From Setoptus koraiensis (lineage: Eukaryota > Animalia > Arthropoda): a stretch of DNA of 64,000 nucleotides. Both the position numbers and the translations under genes were made by a program. This document shows positions 62,222-64,000 of the stretch, piece after piece. Where the stretch lies: contig CM106585.1 in the NCBI GenBank assembly GCA_048013815.1, forward strand, positions 20,088,001-20,152,000, in the 5' to 3' direction. The notes beneath the pieces are model-generated. The model saw nothing but the letters and a program-made list of their open reading frames with translations, was not told the origin of the DNA and ran no database searches. Every line of letters starts with the position of its first letter. Position 1 is the first letter of the stretch.

Positions 62222-64000
62222 GTATCAAACGAAGGCAAGAAGCGCTGGGGGACTAGCCTGTTAGTGGTAACAGCAGAGCGTTGTAGTAGGGGTCGTCACT
62301 TTCAAGCTAGCTGCGAGGTTACTATAACCGTGTGTTTTTGTACTATAACAAGTCTTAGTTGTCGTCTCAGTTAGACTATGCCGATGTGTATAGGCATGTT
62401 TGTGAGCGTGTCTATCTATATTTTTGGAAGATGGTGGTCTTGTCGCGTAGAGTTTATTGTGAGTGAATAAGCTGATAAATTATGATTTTGCTCGCAATGT
62501 GTGCAAAGCAAACAGCGATAGATATTTCTGATGTGATCTGATACGTGCCCAACAACTATTTTCTTTTTTCGAATTGTTTCACGGACTTTGAATAATAATG
62601 ATAATAATAATAGTAATAGTAAATCATTTGTAATAGGTGTGCGTGTGTGTGTTTACCCGTATAGCAATGTAAGCGATGATAATGAATTGCCACTAACACT
62701 AACAACTGTTTTAATAGTAGGAATATTATTACTATTGCACTCAAATAATTTATAAATAATTTTTTTGCACATGATGATTAGGTGAAGAATTCTTTTTTCA
62801 TGTTGTTGGTGATCGTGTGACGTTTCGTTGTCCCATAGACGTGATCTTGTTATCAACGATCTGTTATTGTTGTTAGAGTGGTCGGTGTATTTGGCGTATA
62901 TCATCTTGGTTGCTTTGTTGACACATACGTAAAACACATACAAATACGAAGAAACGGCTACTAGTTGGTTAGTTATTTGCGATAGAAACAATCTTCTATT
63001 CTACACTGACTGACGATGCCTATCACAAAGTGTCTGTATATTGGTCGCTGTTAGTCGCTAGCCGGATTGTTGCAGATAACTGATGTAAATAATGAGTACT
63101 ATGGTAGTGAAATGGTTTGCGGCGACTCTATTGCACTTGTTTTCCGTCGACGATATTCACAAATGTGTGTTACAAACAATGTGGGTATTGTTTTTCGCAG
63201 AGAAAAAGCTCAGCTTCAGCTTGCCATGTCTGGTGGCGAGGCTGGGGCGCACAGTTTAGTAAGGCCACTACTACTGACTAGTCATTTGGCGTCCATTGTT
63301 TGCGTGGAGAGACTGCGTTGTCACTAATTTGTTGTTGTGTCTACTGATTTAGATTTTAATTATAAAATTCCGACGAAATCGACGACGACTGCGACGATGA
63401 CTGGGGCCACAGTGTGGAAATCCGCAATTGGAAGATCGCTGAGAACGACGATATTCGGTTGGATATTGGTGTTGTTATTATTGTTGTTGTTGTTGGTGTG
63501 AATTCTTCTGTGTGCGCTATCTTGTTAGCTAATGATCGCTAGATTTTGCTGATTGCTGTATTATTGTTGTTAATAATAATATTTTATCTCTTATTAAATA
63601 GAGAATCAGGATAAATGAATCGATGAGAATTATTTTCTATGTGTTATTAGTAAAAGATGGTTTACTTTCTCCGAATATTCTCCATCTATGTTGTGTAAAA
63701 ATTCGACGAATGCACAACACACACACACACACACGCACACACACACACACGCTCACATTCAGACAGACAGACAGACACACACATATGTGTGTAGTAGCAT
63801 CGAACTATTTTGAAAACACAACTGAGGAGTTTTAGTTCGATATTTCTAAAAATTACTCCTATCGCCAGCTTGCTGTGTTGAGAGCGCACACACACACACA
63901 CACTCGCTCGCTCGCTCGCTTTGCGTTTGTGCTCTTGCTATTCGATGGCGGCTACAGTGCCAGTGCCGCCATTACCACTAACACTATTACCATTGGCACT

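Overview
Eukaryotic, intron-containing DNA from an arthropod. The compact intron-poor housekeeping genes, dense CA/CAA/CAG microsatellites and a chelicerate-type Lys/Leu/Pro secreted-protein motif suggest an acariform mite, possibly an eriophyoid; this is inference. I can reconstruct eight protein-coding genes with in-frame GT-AG splice junctions. (1) A secreted Gly/Tyr/Ser-rich structural protein (-). (2-5) A tight co-directional minus-strand block: truncated DNTTIP1, intronless MCM2, eIF3h and a Gln-expanded INO80E. (6) A secreted, probably GPI-anchored Cys-rich DUF19-like protein (+). (7) A clip-domain heme peroxidase (-), convergent with gene 6. (8) A very large KDM3/JMJD1C histone demethylase (-, ~3,950 aa, 29 kb span, two ~8 kb introns). 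I recognise no rRNA, tRNA, CRISPR array or transposase/RT ORF. Most short ORFs in the track are antisense shadows or microsatellite artefacts. The best leads are the Gly/Tyr protein with its cationic N-terminal module, the peroxidase lacking both heme-ester residues, E2F/CHR and AP-1/Grainyhead-like motif clusters, a palindromic array between convergent poly(A) signals, and repeat-driven inflation of chromatin proteins. No single novel system is demonstrated from sequence alone.
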